Below the pieces are notes generated by a model that saw only the letters and a list, made by a program, of their open reading frames with translations, did not search any database and was not told the DNA's origin. The position numbers and the translations under genes were made by a program. Positions 50,394-59,826 of a DNA stretch of 64,000 nt are shown here, one piece after another (within the stretch, counting starts at the first letter, position 1; each line of letters opens with the position of its first letter). This DNA is from an uncultured Methylomirabilota bacterium (GTDB lineage Bacteria > Methylomirabilota > Methylomirabilia > Methylomirabilales > 2-02-FULL-66-22), in NCBI GenBank assembly GCA_963705305.1, contig OY970067.1:4896001-4960000 (forward strand), in the 5' to 3' direction.

Positions 50394-51737
50394 ATGAAGA
50401 AACAGTCATCCTGGGAGATGGATCGGCGGGAATTCCTGAAGGCCACAGGGGTGGGACTCGTCGGCGCGAGCTTGGCCGGCGCAGGTGTCCCGACCATCGC
50501 GGGCGCTGCCGAGGTCAAGCCCCCCCACATCGTCCCCGAGAAAGGCGCCTCCCTCAAACTCCTCCGCTGGTCGGGCTTTGTGAAAAGCGACGAGGAGAGC
50601 TGGAACGCCAACACCAAGAAATGGGAGCAGGCGACCGGGTGCAAGATGGAGGTCGAGTACATTGGCTGGGAGGACGTCCGGCCCAAGGCGGCCATGGCGG
50701 CCTCCGTGGGGGCCGGGCCGGACATCGTGCTGGGGTGGTATGACGACCCCCACCTCTACCCCAACAAGCTCATCGACGTCACCGACATCTGCGAATATCT
50801 GGGGAAGAAGTACGGAGGATGGTACCCGGTCTTCCATGACTACGGGTGGAGCCCCACCCTCAAGCACTGGGTCGGCATCCCCATCGGTACGCCGGCCGGC
50901 GTCCAGAACTACCGGGTGAGCTGGCTCAAGGAAGCGGGCTACGAGAAGCCGCCGGAAAAGATGGGCGAGCTTCTCGCCTGCTGCAAGAAGCTGAAGGCCA
51001 TCGGGCATCCCGCCGGGTACAGCTTCGGCCACGCTGTGGGCGATGGAAACGGCGTGTGCTACTGGATCCTGTTCTCTTTCGGGGGCAAGACGGTGGAGAA
51101 GGACAACAGGACCATCGCTATCAACCGCCAGCCGACCTGGGACGCATTGGAATTCGGCCGGGAGTTCTACGAGCAGCTGGTCCCCGGGGTCATTGGCTGG
51201 CAGGACCCCGACAACAACAAGGCGTTCCTGGCCAGCCAGATCTCCCTGACCCGGAATGCCGTGAGTATCTACTACGTCGCCCTGGACCAATTCCCCGACG
51301 TGGCCAAAGATATGGACCATGCCAATTTGGCCGTCGGCCCGCTGGGGCGCCCGTCGCAGATCGACAATGTGACTTTGGGGTTCATCTTCAAGCACACCCG
51401 GTTCCCCAATGCCGCCAGACACTACCTCCTTTACATGATGGAGCAGGAGCAGTACGGGCCGTGGGTCACTGCCATGAAGGGGTATCTGGTTCAGACCCTG
51501 AAAGCGTACGAGAAGCTCCCCATCTGGACCAGCGACCCCAAGCTCACGATCTTCCGGGAGCAGCCCCCGCGGATGTTCCCCCATTTCTATGCCGGACAGC
51601 CGGGGCCGCAGTCGGCCGCGGCGCTGGCCGAGTACATTGTCGTGGACATGTTCCAGGATGTGGTCACCGGCCGCAAGACGGCCAAGGAGGCGGCCCGGAC
51701 GGCCGAGCAGCGCCTGGCCAGGATCTACCACGCTTAA
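50394..51737 (+). CDS. Carbohydrate ABC transporter substrate-binding protein with Tat signal
   Basis: MDRREFLK twin-arginine motif; GAGPDIV; DNNKAFL; followed by two MalF/MalG-type permeases. Confidence 0.9.
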   Translation: MKKQSSWEMDRREFLKATGVGLVGASLAGAGVPTIAGAAEVKPPHIVPEKGASLKLLRWSGFVKSDEESWNANTKKWEQATGCKMEVEYIGWEDVRPKAAMAASVGAGPDIVLGWYDDPHLYPNKLIDVTDICEYLGKKYGGWYPVFHDYGWSPTLKHWVGIPIGTPAGVQNYRVSWLKEAGYEKPPEKMGELLACCKKLKAIGHPAGYSFGHAVGDGNGVCYWILFSFGGKTVEKDNRTIAINRQPTWDALEFGREFYEQLVPGVIGWQDPDNNKAFLASQISLTRNAVSIYYVALDQFPDVAKDMDHANLAVGPLGRPSQIDNVTLGFIFKHTRFPNAARHYLLYMMEQEQYGPWVTAMKGYLVQTLKAYEKLPIWTSDPKLTIFREQPPRMFPHFYAGQPGPQSAAALAEYIVVDMFQDVVTGRKTAKEAARTAEQRLARIYHA

Positions 51738-51960
51738 GCTGAAGGCTAAGGGCTATCCGGTCGGGTACACCTTCGGTCACGGCGTGGGCGACGGCAACGG
51801 CGTCTGTTACTGGCTGCTGTTCCAGTTCGGCGGCAAGATCGTCGAGGCCAACAGCAAGGCCTTCCTATCCGGCCAGATCTCGGCGACCTACAACGGGATC
51901 AGCATCTACTACGCTGCCAAGGAGGCCGCGCGGCGACTCGTCAACATTTACGGCGGCTGA
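51736..51960 (+). pseudogene. Collapsed paralog remnant of the upstream binding protein
   Basis: Three non-contiguous segments of the binding protein joined in one frame; no start codon. Confidence 0.8.
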
Positions 51961-52044
51961 TCTGCCCTAGCCTCCAAGTTGCCTCTGGGGGGCCGCCTGG
52001 CCCCCCAGAGGCAACCCGCGCTCCGCCGAACGAGAGGGAATCGC

Positions 52045-52971
52045 GTGGCAGAATCCACCGTAGCGGCAGCCAATCGAACGCACCCGCACCGGCCGCTCGC
52101 GAATATCCTTGAGAACCGACAGTTTCTGGGGATCGCGCTCGTCATCCCGGCGGTCCTGATCCTGGGGATATTCCTGGCGTACCCGTTCATCCTGGGCCTG
52201 TGGCTGAGCGTGACGGATACGATCCTGGGAAGCACGGCCGGCCATTTTGTCGGGTTCACGAACTACCTCCAGCTATTCGAGGACTCCGTTTTCCGGTTAG
52301 CCACCTTCAATACCATCCTTTATACGGTGGTGGCCGTCTGGTTCAAGCTTGTGTTCGGCCTGATTCTCGCGCTGGTCCTCAACTGGGAGTTCCGCTTCAA
52401 GGGCCTCGTTCGCGCCACCATCCTCCTGCCCTGGATCGTTCCCACAGCCTTCAGCGCCTTGGTCTTCTGGTGGATGTTCGATCCCACCTTCAGCCCCTTC
52501 AATTGGCTGCTCGTCAACGCGGGTCTGATCCATATTCGGATCGACTACCTGGGAGACCCGAACCTGGCGCGGGCATGCGTCATTGCCGCGAACGTCTGGC
52601 GCGGCACCCCCTTCTTTGCCATCGGCTTCCTGGCGGGCCTGCAGACCATCAACCCCAGCCTGTACGAGGCGGCCGCCGTGGATGGCGCCACCGAATGGCG
52701 CCAGTTCTGGCACCTCACGCTCCCGCTCCTGGGGCCTCTGCTGGCCATCATCACCACGTTCTCCACTATCTGGACCTTCGGCGACTTCCAGCTGGTGTGG
52801 ATCATGACCCGCGGCGGCCCAGCCAATGCCACCCAGATCTACGGGACCATGGCGTACCAGCGGGCCATCCTGGGTGGGGCCTTCGGTCAGGGGGCAGCCA
52901 TCTCCATGTGCATTCTTCCCGTGCTCGTCATCAGCGTCACGATCTGCGTCCTCTACCTCCGGCGGGAGTAG
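52045..52971 (+). CDS. Carbohydrate ABC permease (MalF-like)
   Basis: FVGFTNY, LLPWIVP, LYEAAAVDGA, MTRGGP; GTG start. Confidence 0.92.
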   Translation: MAESTVAAANRTHPHRPLANILENRQFLGIALVIPAVLILGIFLAYPFILGLWLSVTDTILGSTAGHFVGFTNYLQLFEDSVFRLATFNTILYTVVAVWFKLVFGLILALVLNWEFRFKGLVRATILLPWIVPTAFSALVFWWMFDPTFSPFNWLLVNAGLIHIRIDYLGDPNLARACVIAANVWRGTPFFAIGFLAGLQTINPSLYEAAAVDGATEWRQFWHLTLPLLGPLLAIITTFSTIWTFGDFQLVWIMTRGGPANATQIYGTMAYQRAILGGAFGQGAAISMCILPVLVISVTICVLYLRRE

Positions 52972-52974
52972 CCC

Positions 52975-53817
52975 ATGCTGTCGGGATCCAGGCTGCTGAA
53001 GCGAATCGCCCTCTTCAACATCCCGCTCGGGGTGGCGATGATCCTTCTGTTGTTCCCCTTCTACTGGATGCTCATCACCTCCTTCAAGCCCAATCCCGAG
53101 CTGTACAACGTGAGGCTGGATCCCCTCCTCATCCAGCATCCCACCCTGGCCCACCTCCGGCAACTGCTCTGGGCCACGCCCTATTTGCGCTGGCTGTACA
53201 ACACCATGTTTATCGCCGTGGCCGCCACCACCATCTCCCTCGCGGCCAGTCTGCTGGCCGCGTACGGCATCCAGCGGCTCCAGTTCCGCGGGTCGGGCGC
53301 CCTGGGGGTGGCCATCTTCCTGAGCTACCTCGTGCCCCCGACGATCCTCTTCATCCCCCTGGCCCATGTCGTCTTCCGGCTGCACATCTACGACTCGCCC
53401 TGGTCGCTCATCCTGGTGTACCCGACGTTTCTCATCCCCTTCTGCACCTGGCTCCTCATGGGATACTTCAAGACCCTCCCCAAAGAGCTGGAGGAGTGCG
53501 CCATGATTGACGGCGCCACCCGGCTCGGCGTCTTGATCCGCATCGTGATCCCGATCTCTGTGCCTGGGATTCTCTCCTGTGGGATCTTCTGCTTTACCCT
53601 GTCCTGGAACGAGTACCTGTACGCCCTGGTCTTCCTATCCTCGACCCTGCAGAAGACCGTTCCCATTGGAGTGGTCACAGAGCTGATCCGCGGGGACGTG
53701 TATTCCTGGGGGCCCCTCATGGCCGGGGCCCTGCTGGGCTCGGTGCCTGTGGCGCTGGTGTACTCGTTCTTCGTCGAGTATTATGTGGCCGGCATGACCG
53801 GCGCCCTGAAGGAGTAG
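52975..53817 (+). CDS. Carbohydrate ABC permease (MalG-like)
   Basis: PFYWMLITSFK, ELEECAMIDGA, SWNEYL. Confidence 0.92.
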   Translation: MLSGSRLLKRIALFNIPLGVAMILLLFPFYWMLITSFKPNPELYNVRLDPLLIQHPTLAHLRQLLWATPYLRWLYNTMFIAVAATTISLAASLLAAYGIQRLQFRGSGALGVAIFLSYLVPPTILFIPLAHVVFRLHIYDSPWSLILVYPTFLIPFCTWLLMGYFKTLPKELEECAMIDGATRLGVLIRIVIPISVPGILSCGIFCFTLSWNEYLYALVFLSSTLQKTVPIGVVTELIRGDVYSWGPLMAGALLGSVPVALVYSFFVEYYVAGMTGALKE

Positions 53818-53846
53818 CCAACCCGCACACGCCTCCAAGACCGCAG

Positions 53847-54680
53847 ATGCCTATACACATCACGATTGCCCACAGTCCCGACGCCGACGACGCCTTCATG
53901 TTCTACGCCCTGGCGCGAGGAAAGGTGTTGGACCCGGCGTTCGAGTTCGAGCACGTCCTGGAGGATATCCAGTCGCTCAACGAGCGTGCGTCCCGCGGCG
54001 AGTACGAGGTCACCGCCGTCTCCTTCCACGCCTATGCCTACCTCACCGACCGCTATGCCCTGCTTCCGCACGGGGCCAGCATGGGGGACGGCTACGGACC
54101 CATGGTAGTGGCCCGCCGGCCGTACCGGGCGGACGACCTGGGGGGCAAACGGATCGCCGTTCCCGGGACCCTGACGACCGCGGTCCTGGCCCTGCGCCTC
54201 TGGAAGACCGGCCTGGACCAGGTGGTCATCCCGTTCGACCGGATCCTGGAAGCGGTGCGCACGGGCGAGGTGGACGCCGGTCTGATCATCCACGAGGGCC
54301 AGGTGACTTACGCCGACCACGGATTTCACAAAGTGGTGGATCTGGGTGAGTGGTGGGGCCGGCAAACGGGGCTCCCGCTTCCCCTGGGCGGAAACGTCAT
54401 CCGGAAGGACCTGGGTCCCGCCGTGATGCGGCGGGTCTCGAATCTGCTCTACCAGAGCATCCAGTATGCCCTCACACATCGCGAAGAGGCTCTGGCCTAT
54501 GCGATGCAGTACGGCCGCGACCTGGACCGGCCGCTGGCCGACCGGTTCGTCGGGATGTACGTCAACGACCTTACGCTGGATTACGGCGCGCGGGGACGCG
54601 CCGCGGTGGAGCGGCTGCTGGCCGCGGCCTACGAGCAGGGTCTGCTTCCCCGTCGCGTGACGCCCGAGTTCGTCGAATAG
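53847..54680 (+). CDS. mqnD: 1,4-dihydroxy-6-naphthoate synthase (futalosine menaquinone pathway)
   Basis: IAHSPDADDAFMFYAL, DIQSLN, IAVPGTLTTA, IIHEGQ, LPLPLGG, MYVN. Confidence 0.82.
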   Translation: MPIHITIAHSPDADDAFMFYALARGKVLDPAFEFEHVLEDIQSLNERASRGEYEVTAVSFHAYAYLTDRYALLPHGASMGDGYGPMVVARRPYRADDLGGKRIAVPGTLTTAVLALRLWKTGLDQVVIPFDRILEAVRTGEVDAGLIIHEGQVTYADHGFHKVVDLGEWWGRQTGLPLPLGGNVIRKDLGPAVMRRVSNLLYQSIQYALTHREEALAYAMQYGRDLDRPLADRFVGMYVNDLTLDYGARGRAAVERLLAAAYEQGLLPRRVTPEFVE

Positions 54681-54800
54681 GCGAGCGGCGCGGCGGACGG
54701 CCGCCGCCCTCGACGCGACCGCGGATGGCCTTGCCGGGGCGTCGGCCCCACATTCGGCCGCCCGGGTTGCGCGGGCGAGCGGGGAGGGAGGCATTCCGCG

Positions 54801-55835
54801 ATGAAGGCGATGATCTTGAGCCGACTCTCCCGCTTGGCGGACGAGCCCGCCCCGTTGCGGCTGGTCGACGATCTGCCGGAGCCGGTCCCCGGGGCCGGCG
54901 AGCTCTTGATCGGGGTCTCCGCCTGCGGGATCTGCCATACCGACATCGACGAGATCGAAGGCCGCACACCCCCCCCGCGCCTTCCTGCGATCCTCGGGCA
55001 CCAGATCGTCGGGAGGGTGCGGCGCGCAGGGGGCGATGCCGGCCGATTCGAGGTGGGGGACCGGGTAGGAGTCGCCTGGATCCACTCCGCCTGCGGCCGG
55101 TGCGCGTTCTGCCGGGAGGGCCGGGAAAACCTCTGCCCCGAGTTCGCGGCCACCGGCCGAGACGCCCCCGGCGGCTATTGCCAGCAGACCGTCGTGGCCG
55201 AGGAGTTCGCCTACAGGATTCCCGACGTCTTCTCCGACGCCGAGGCGGCCCCGCTCCTGTGCGCCGGCGCCGTCGGGTACCGCGCCCTGCGGCTGGCCGG
55301 CATGGAAAACGGGCGCACGCTCGGCCTCGCCGGCTTCGGCGCCTCGGCCCATTTGGTGATCCAGGCCGCCCGGCACGCGTATCCCGATGCCGCGATCTTC
55401 GTGTTCAGCCGAAGCGAGGGCGAGCGGCGCTTCGCCAGAGAGCTGGGGGCCGACTGGGCCGGCGCGATCGACGAGAGGGCGCCCGCGCCCATGGATTGCG
55501 CCATCGACACGACCCCGGTCTGGCTGCCGATCGTGCATATGCTGGCCGGGCTGGCCCCCGGGGGCCGGCTGGTCGTCAACGCCATCCGGAAGGAGGACGC
55601 CGACAAGGCATCGCTCCTCCACCTCGACTATTCCCGACACCTCTGGCTAGAGAAGGAAGTGATCAGTGTGGCCAACGTGACCCGGAAGGATGTGAGCGAA
55701 TTCCTCCGGCTGGCCGCCGAGATCCCCCTGAAGCCCCGCGTGCAGGAGTACGAGCTGGAGCAGGCCAACGAGGCGCTCCAGGAGATCCGGCAGCGGAAGA
55801 TCCGGGGCGGCAAGGTGCTCCGGATCGCATCATAG
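54801..55835 (+). CDS. Zinc-dependent alcohol dehydrogenase
   Basis: CGICHTD, LGHQIVG, CGRCAFC...ENLC, APLLCAG, GFGASA. Confidence 0.92.
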   Translation: MKAMILSRLSRLADEPAPLRLVDDLPEPVPGAGELLIGVSACGICHTDIDEIEGRTPPPRLPAILGHQIVGRVRRAGGDAGRFEVGDRVGVAWIHSACGRCAFCREGRENLCPEFAATGRDAPGGYCQQTVVAEEFAYRIPDVFSDAEAAPLLCAGAVGYRALRLAGMENGRTLGLAGFGASAHLVIQAARHAYPDAAIFVFSRSEGERRFARELGADWAGAIDERAPAPMDCAIDTTPVWLPIVHMLAGLAPGGRLVVNAIRKEDADKASLLHLDYSRHLWLEKEVISVANVTRKDVSEFLRLAAEIPLKPRVQEYELEQANEALQEIRQRKIRGGKVLRIAS

Positions 55836-55836
55836 C

Positions 55837-55920
55837 GCCAGCCGGATCGCTGGCGGCGCAGATCCTGGGGGTGTACTATTCGGCCCAGATCCTGTTTCTG
55901 GGCGCCGAGGTCTCTCAGGG
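55837..55920 (+). pseudogene. YihY/BrkB-family membrane protein fragment
   Basis: AGSLAAQILGVYYSAQILFLGAEV resembles the family's C-terminal motif; no upstream gene body. Confidence 0.55.
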
Positions 55921-56001
55921 ATCCGGCATCCGGCCGGGCTGGCGGTGATGATGCCCCCGGCCGCGACCCGCCCGGGGTCACGTTTCGGAGGAGCCTGAAG
56001 G

Positions 56002-57129
56002 GTGTTGGCCCTCTTTTCCGATCACTATGTGATCGACCTGCCGCCCAACCACAGCTTCCCCATCCAGAAATACCGGCTACCCGCTACACAAAGGTGTTGA
56101 AGATTCGCTTGTCAATAGGCGCGATTCCTCTGTGGTTACAGCGCATTCCGTCCTTTTCGGATTGAGCTGACATCGAGGAAGATTTCTTCCCCGACAAGGC
56201 GTTCCGATTCGGTCAACCAATTCATGCCGTTACTAGCGAAACGCCGACCGTTATCAACACCTTTGTGTAACGGCTAGAAATACCGGCTGATCCGGGAGCA
56301 ACTTCTCGCCGAGGGAACCCTGGCTCCCGACGAGCTCCTCGAACCCGGCCTCATCGAGCCGCCCGACGTCCGTCTGGTCCACACCCCGGCCTACTGGGAG
56401 CAGCTCGCTACGGGGAGCCTTTCCCCCGCCGCCGCCCGCCGCATGGGGCTGCCCTGGTCGGAATCCCTGCTGCGCCGCGCCCGGGCCTCGGTGCAGGGCA
56501 CGCTCACGGCCGGGCGCATCGCCATCCGGGAGCGCGTGGCCGTCAACCTCGCCGAGGGCACACACCACGCCTTTCCCGACCGGGGCGAGGGGTATTGCGT
56601 CCTCAACGACATCGCCATTGCCATCCGCTGTCTGCAATATGACGCCTGGATGCAGCGCATGGCCGTCATCGATTGCGACGTGCACCAGGGTAACGGCACT
56701 GCCGCCGTCTTCGCCGTCGAGCCCGATGTCTTCACCTTCTCCATCCACGGCGCCAACAACTACCCGTTGGTGAAGGTGCCGGGCAGCCTGGACATCCCCC
56801 TGCCCGACGGCACGGGGGACGCGGAGTACCTGACCCGCCTGGAGTCGGCGCTGCCGGAGATCCTGGAGGGGTTCCGGCCCGGACTGGTCTTCTACCTGGC
56901 CGGGGTCGATCCCCACGAGGGCGACCGCATGGGCCGGCTCCGCCTCACCCATGCAGGTCTGCGCCGGCGCGACGAGCTGGTCCTGACCGCCTGCCGGGAT
57001 GCCGGCATCCCGGTGGCCATCGCCCTGGGCGGGGGGTATGGAAAGGAGCTGCGGGGCACCGTCGAGGCCCACTGCAACACGGTCCGCGCCGCCCGGGCGG
57101 TGTTCGACGGCACCCCGCCGGCTCCATAG
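56002..57129 (+). pseudogene. Histone deacetylase-family (AcuC/AphA-like) gene disrupted by a MITE
   Basis: GTG after GGAGGAG; LPPNHSFPIQKYRL / insertion / IREQL; GTHHA, GYCVLNDIA, DCDVHQGNGT, AGVD, LGGGY. Confidence 0.88.
56078..56276. mobile_element. ~200-bp MITE
   Basis: 23-bp terminal repeats TACCCGCTACACAAAGGTGTTGA and TCAACACCTTTGTGTAACGGCTA (2 mismatches); duplicated target GAAATACCGGC (11 bp, extendable to 13). Confidence 0.9.
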
Positions 57130-57217
57130 CCTTCGGCGTGCGACGAACGTCCGTCCTCCCACACCGCCTTCCGTCCACGGTCCCGGCACCGTCGTCTATG
57201 GCGGGCCGGACCGCCGC

Positions 57218-57979
57218 TCACGACTTGCCCGGCGGGGGCGGCGCGAATTCTCCATCGTCCCACAGCCGGTTCCGCTGGGGGTCCGCCCCTCCACAGTGAA
57301 CGATCCCCTGTCGGCAGAGCGCAGAGCGCCACTCGTATTTGATGAAGATCTTCTCCGCTGCCGTGCTCTCCGGGTCGAAGGCCACCACCCGCACCGGAGC
57401 ATACTCCCGCCCGCCAAAGCCCGTGCCGGCACTTTGGCGCTCCGCCTTGGCGGACGGCGCGGTTCGCGAGGGAAAGCCCGAGGAACCCGGGGACAGGCCC
57501 GGGGGGGGCTGGGGCCGCTGCACCTCGGGATAGACGGCCACCGCAATCACCCCCATCGCCGACTCGTCGCCAAAGGCCGCCGCGTAGGAGTCAGCCGCAT
57601 GGGTGAAGTAGAAGCGGTTGATGCTATCCAGACTGGTCCGCCATCCTTTGAACTCTCCCTCCTGGTACGGTTCCAGGATGTACATCCGCTCGTCGCCGGC
57701 CAGCCAGGACTGCCGGCCGGAGATGATGTTCCGCCCGTCCACCGCCACCACCACCCCGATGCGCCGGTTCAGCACATTCCGGACGACGATGCTGTAGTGA
57801 TCCCCGTACACCGCCTCGGCGTACGCCTTGCGATTCGGGAAGCTCGCCGCCGCCGCATACAGCGGCAACATTTGCCCGCTCTCCGACCGGATCTGCACAT
57901 CGACCGCCGTCCCCCCCACTCCGGCCCACGCGCCCGTGGCGATCCCCACCAGGCACACGCACAGCGCCGCGATCTTCAT
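57218..57979 (-). CDS. Exported hypothetical protein
   Basis: RBS AAGGAGG; signal peptide (AWA-G); YSIVVRN...VVVAVDGRNIISG, GVIAVAVYPE, GTGFG. Confidence 0.75.
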   Translation of the reverse strand: MKIAALCVCLVGIATGAWAGVGGTAVDVQIRSESGQMLPLYAAAASFPNRKAYAEAVYGDHYSIVVRNVLNRRIGVVVAVDGRNIISGRQSWLAGDERMYILEPYQEGEFKGWRTSLDSINRFYFTHAADSYAAAFGDESAMGVIAVAVYPEVQRPQPPPGLSPGSSGFPSRTAPSAKAERQSAGTGFGGREYAPVRVVAFDPESTAAEKIFIKYEWRSALCRQGIVHCGGADPQRNRLWDDGEFAPPPPGKS

Positions 57980-58290
57980 GCATCCCTCCTTGTCTCGTGG
58001 TTCCAACGGCCTCCTGCCGCCTTGCCCCATTAGACACGCCCCTCCGCCAGAAGTTCCCCGGCAAGAGGGAGCGGGCGGTCCGGGCCTCTCCTGCGCACGG
58101 ATCCCGCCACGGAATCTTCCCGCTTCAGCTGCCGTTTTCAGATGTCAGGCAGAAGCTCGATCAGGGGAAGGTCTTGCTGCGGATCTGAGACGTCACGGAA
58201 GGAAACGAGCGGAACCGATCGGCGGATCGATCGGCGCCGGCCGGTGTATCCGGCGCGACCTTGCGGCAGGCCGGGGTGCGCCCCCGCCGA

Positions 58291-59265
58291 TTACGCCGCG
58301 GCCCGGCAAAGGAAATCGTTCACCGCGGCCCGCTGCTCGGCCGCGGTCCGGAGGTGATTCGCCGCATGGCGGAAGGACGCGGAGTTCGCCAGCCCCCTCG
58401 TGTACCAGCCGATGTGCTTCCGGGCGATGCGCACGCCGGCGTACTCGCCGTAAAAGCGGTAGAGCTCCTCGAGATGGTTGAGCAGCAGGGCGCGGATCTC
58501 GTCCACCGACGGCGGCGCTATCCGCCTCCCGGTCGTCAGGAAATGACCGATCTCGCGAAAAATCCAGGGACGGCCCAGCGCTGCGCGGCCGACCATGATG
58601 CCATCCGCCCCCGTGCGATCGAGCACAGCTTTGGCCTTCTCGGGTCCGTCCACGTCCCCGTTGGCGATGACCGGGATCCCGACCGACGCCTTCACCGCGG
58701 CGATGGTGTCGTACTCGGCCTCCCCGCCGAACATGCAGGCCCGCGTCCGCCCGTGGATGGCCAGCGCCCGGATGCCCGCAGCCTCGGCGATCTGCGCCAC
58801 CCGCAGGGCGTTCTTGTGCCCCCGGTCCCAGCCCGTGCGGATCTTGAGGGTGACGGGCACGTCCACCGCCCCGACCACCGCCTCCAGGATCCGCCCCACC
58901 AGGGCCTCGTCGCGCAAGAGGGCGGAGCCCGCCATCACGCTGCAGACCTTCTTGGCAGGGCAGCCCATGTTGATGTCGATGATCTGGGCCCCCTCCGCCG
59001 CGTTGTGGCGGGCCGCCTCCGCCATGAGGCGGGGGTCCGCGCCGGCGATCTGCACCGAGACGGGCGACGGCTCTCCCTCGTGGTCGGCGCGCCGCCGCGT
59101 CTTGGCCGCCCCGGAAAGGAGGGAGTTGCTGGTCACCATCTCCGAAACCGCCAACCCGGCCCCCAGCGATCGGCAGAGCTTCCGGAACGGACGGTCCGTC
59201 ACGCCGGCCATGGGAGCCAGGATCAGATTGTTGTCGAGCTGGTAGGAACCGATGCGCACCGACAC
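58291..59265 (-). CDS. dusB: tRNA-dihydrouridine synthase B
   Basis: LAPMAGVTD, IDINMGCPAKKV, TLKIRTG, IHGRT, IANGD, ARKHIGWY. Confidence 0.93.
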   Translation of the reverse strand: MSVRIGSYQLDNNLILAPMAGVTDRPFRKLCRSLGAGLAVSEMVTSNSLLSGAAKTRRRADHEGEPSPVSVQIAGADPRLMAEAARHNAAEGAQIIDINMGCPAKKVCSVMAGSALLRDEALVGRILEAVVGAVDVPVTLKIRTGWDRGHKNALRVAQIAEAAGIRALAIHGRTRACMFGGEAEYDTIAAVKASVGIPVIANGDVDGPEKAKAVLDRTGADGIMVGRAALGRPWIFREIGHFLTTGRRIAPPSVDEIRALLLNHLEELYRFYGEYAGVRIARKHIGWYTRGLANSASFRHAANHLRTAAEQRAAVNDFLCRAAA

Positions 59266-59292
59266 ACTCCGCCGGCCAGCCAGCGCCGGCCG

Positions 59293-59826
59293 TCACTCCG
59301 CCAGATACTTGCGGTCGGCGGGGGACCAGGCGCGCTGGTTGAGCAGCTTCGCGCCGCGGCCCATGAACACCGCCCCGGTGCGCGCCTGCTCTTTGATCCC
59401 GAACGGACGCAGCACCTCCAGCAGCTTGTCCAGCTTGTCCGGCTCCCCCGTCGCCTCCAGGATCAGCGTGGTCGTGGAGACATCCACGATGCGGGCCTTG
59501 AACAGGTCGGCGAGGCTGACCACCTCCGGCCGGGTCTTGGCGGTCACCCCCACCTTGACCAGCAGCATCTCGTAGGCCAGCTGGTCGCGGTCGGCCGTCA
59601 CGTCCGCCACCTTGACCGCGCCGATGAGCTTGCGGAACTGCTTGGCCACCTGATCCAGGGCCGTGCTGGGCCCGTCCACCACGATGGTGATCCGGGTCAG
59701 CCCCGGCAGCTCGGACGCCCCGGCAGTGAAGCTCTCCACGTTATACCCGCGCCGGGCGAACAGGTTGCCCATGCGGGCCAGCATGCCCGGCTCGTCCTGC
59801 ACCAATGCCACCAAAACGTGCCTCAT
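59293..59826 (-). CDS. ilvH: Acetolactate synthase small (regulatory) subunit
   Basis: VQDEPGMLARMGNLFARRGYNVES, EQARTG; ATGA overlap with the large subunit. Confidence 0.92.
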   Translation of the reverse strand: MRHVLVALVQDEPGMLARMGNLFARRGYNVESFTAGASELPGLTRITIVVDGPSTALDQVAKQFRKLIGAVKVADVTADRDQLAYEMLLVKVGVTAKTRPEVVSLADLFKARIVDVSTTTLILEATGEPDKLDKLLEVLRPFGIKEQARTGAVFMGRGAKLLNQRAWSPADRKYLAE

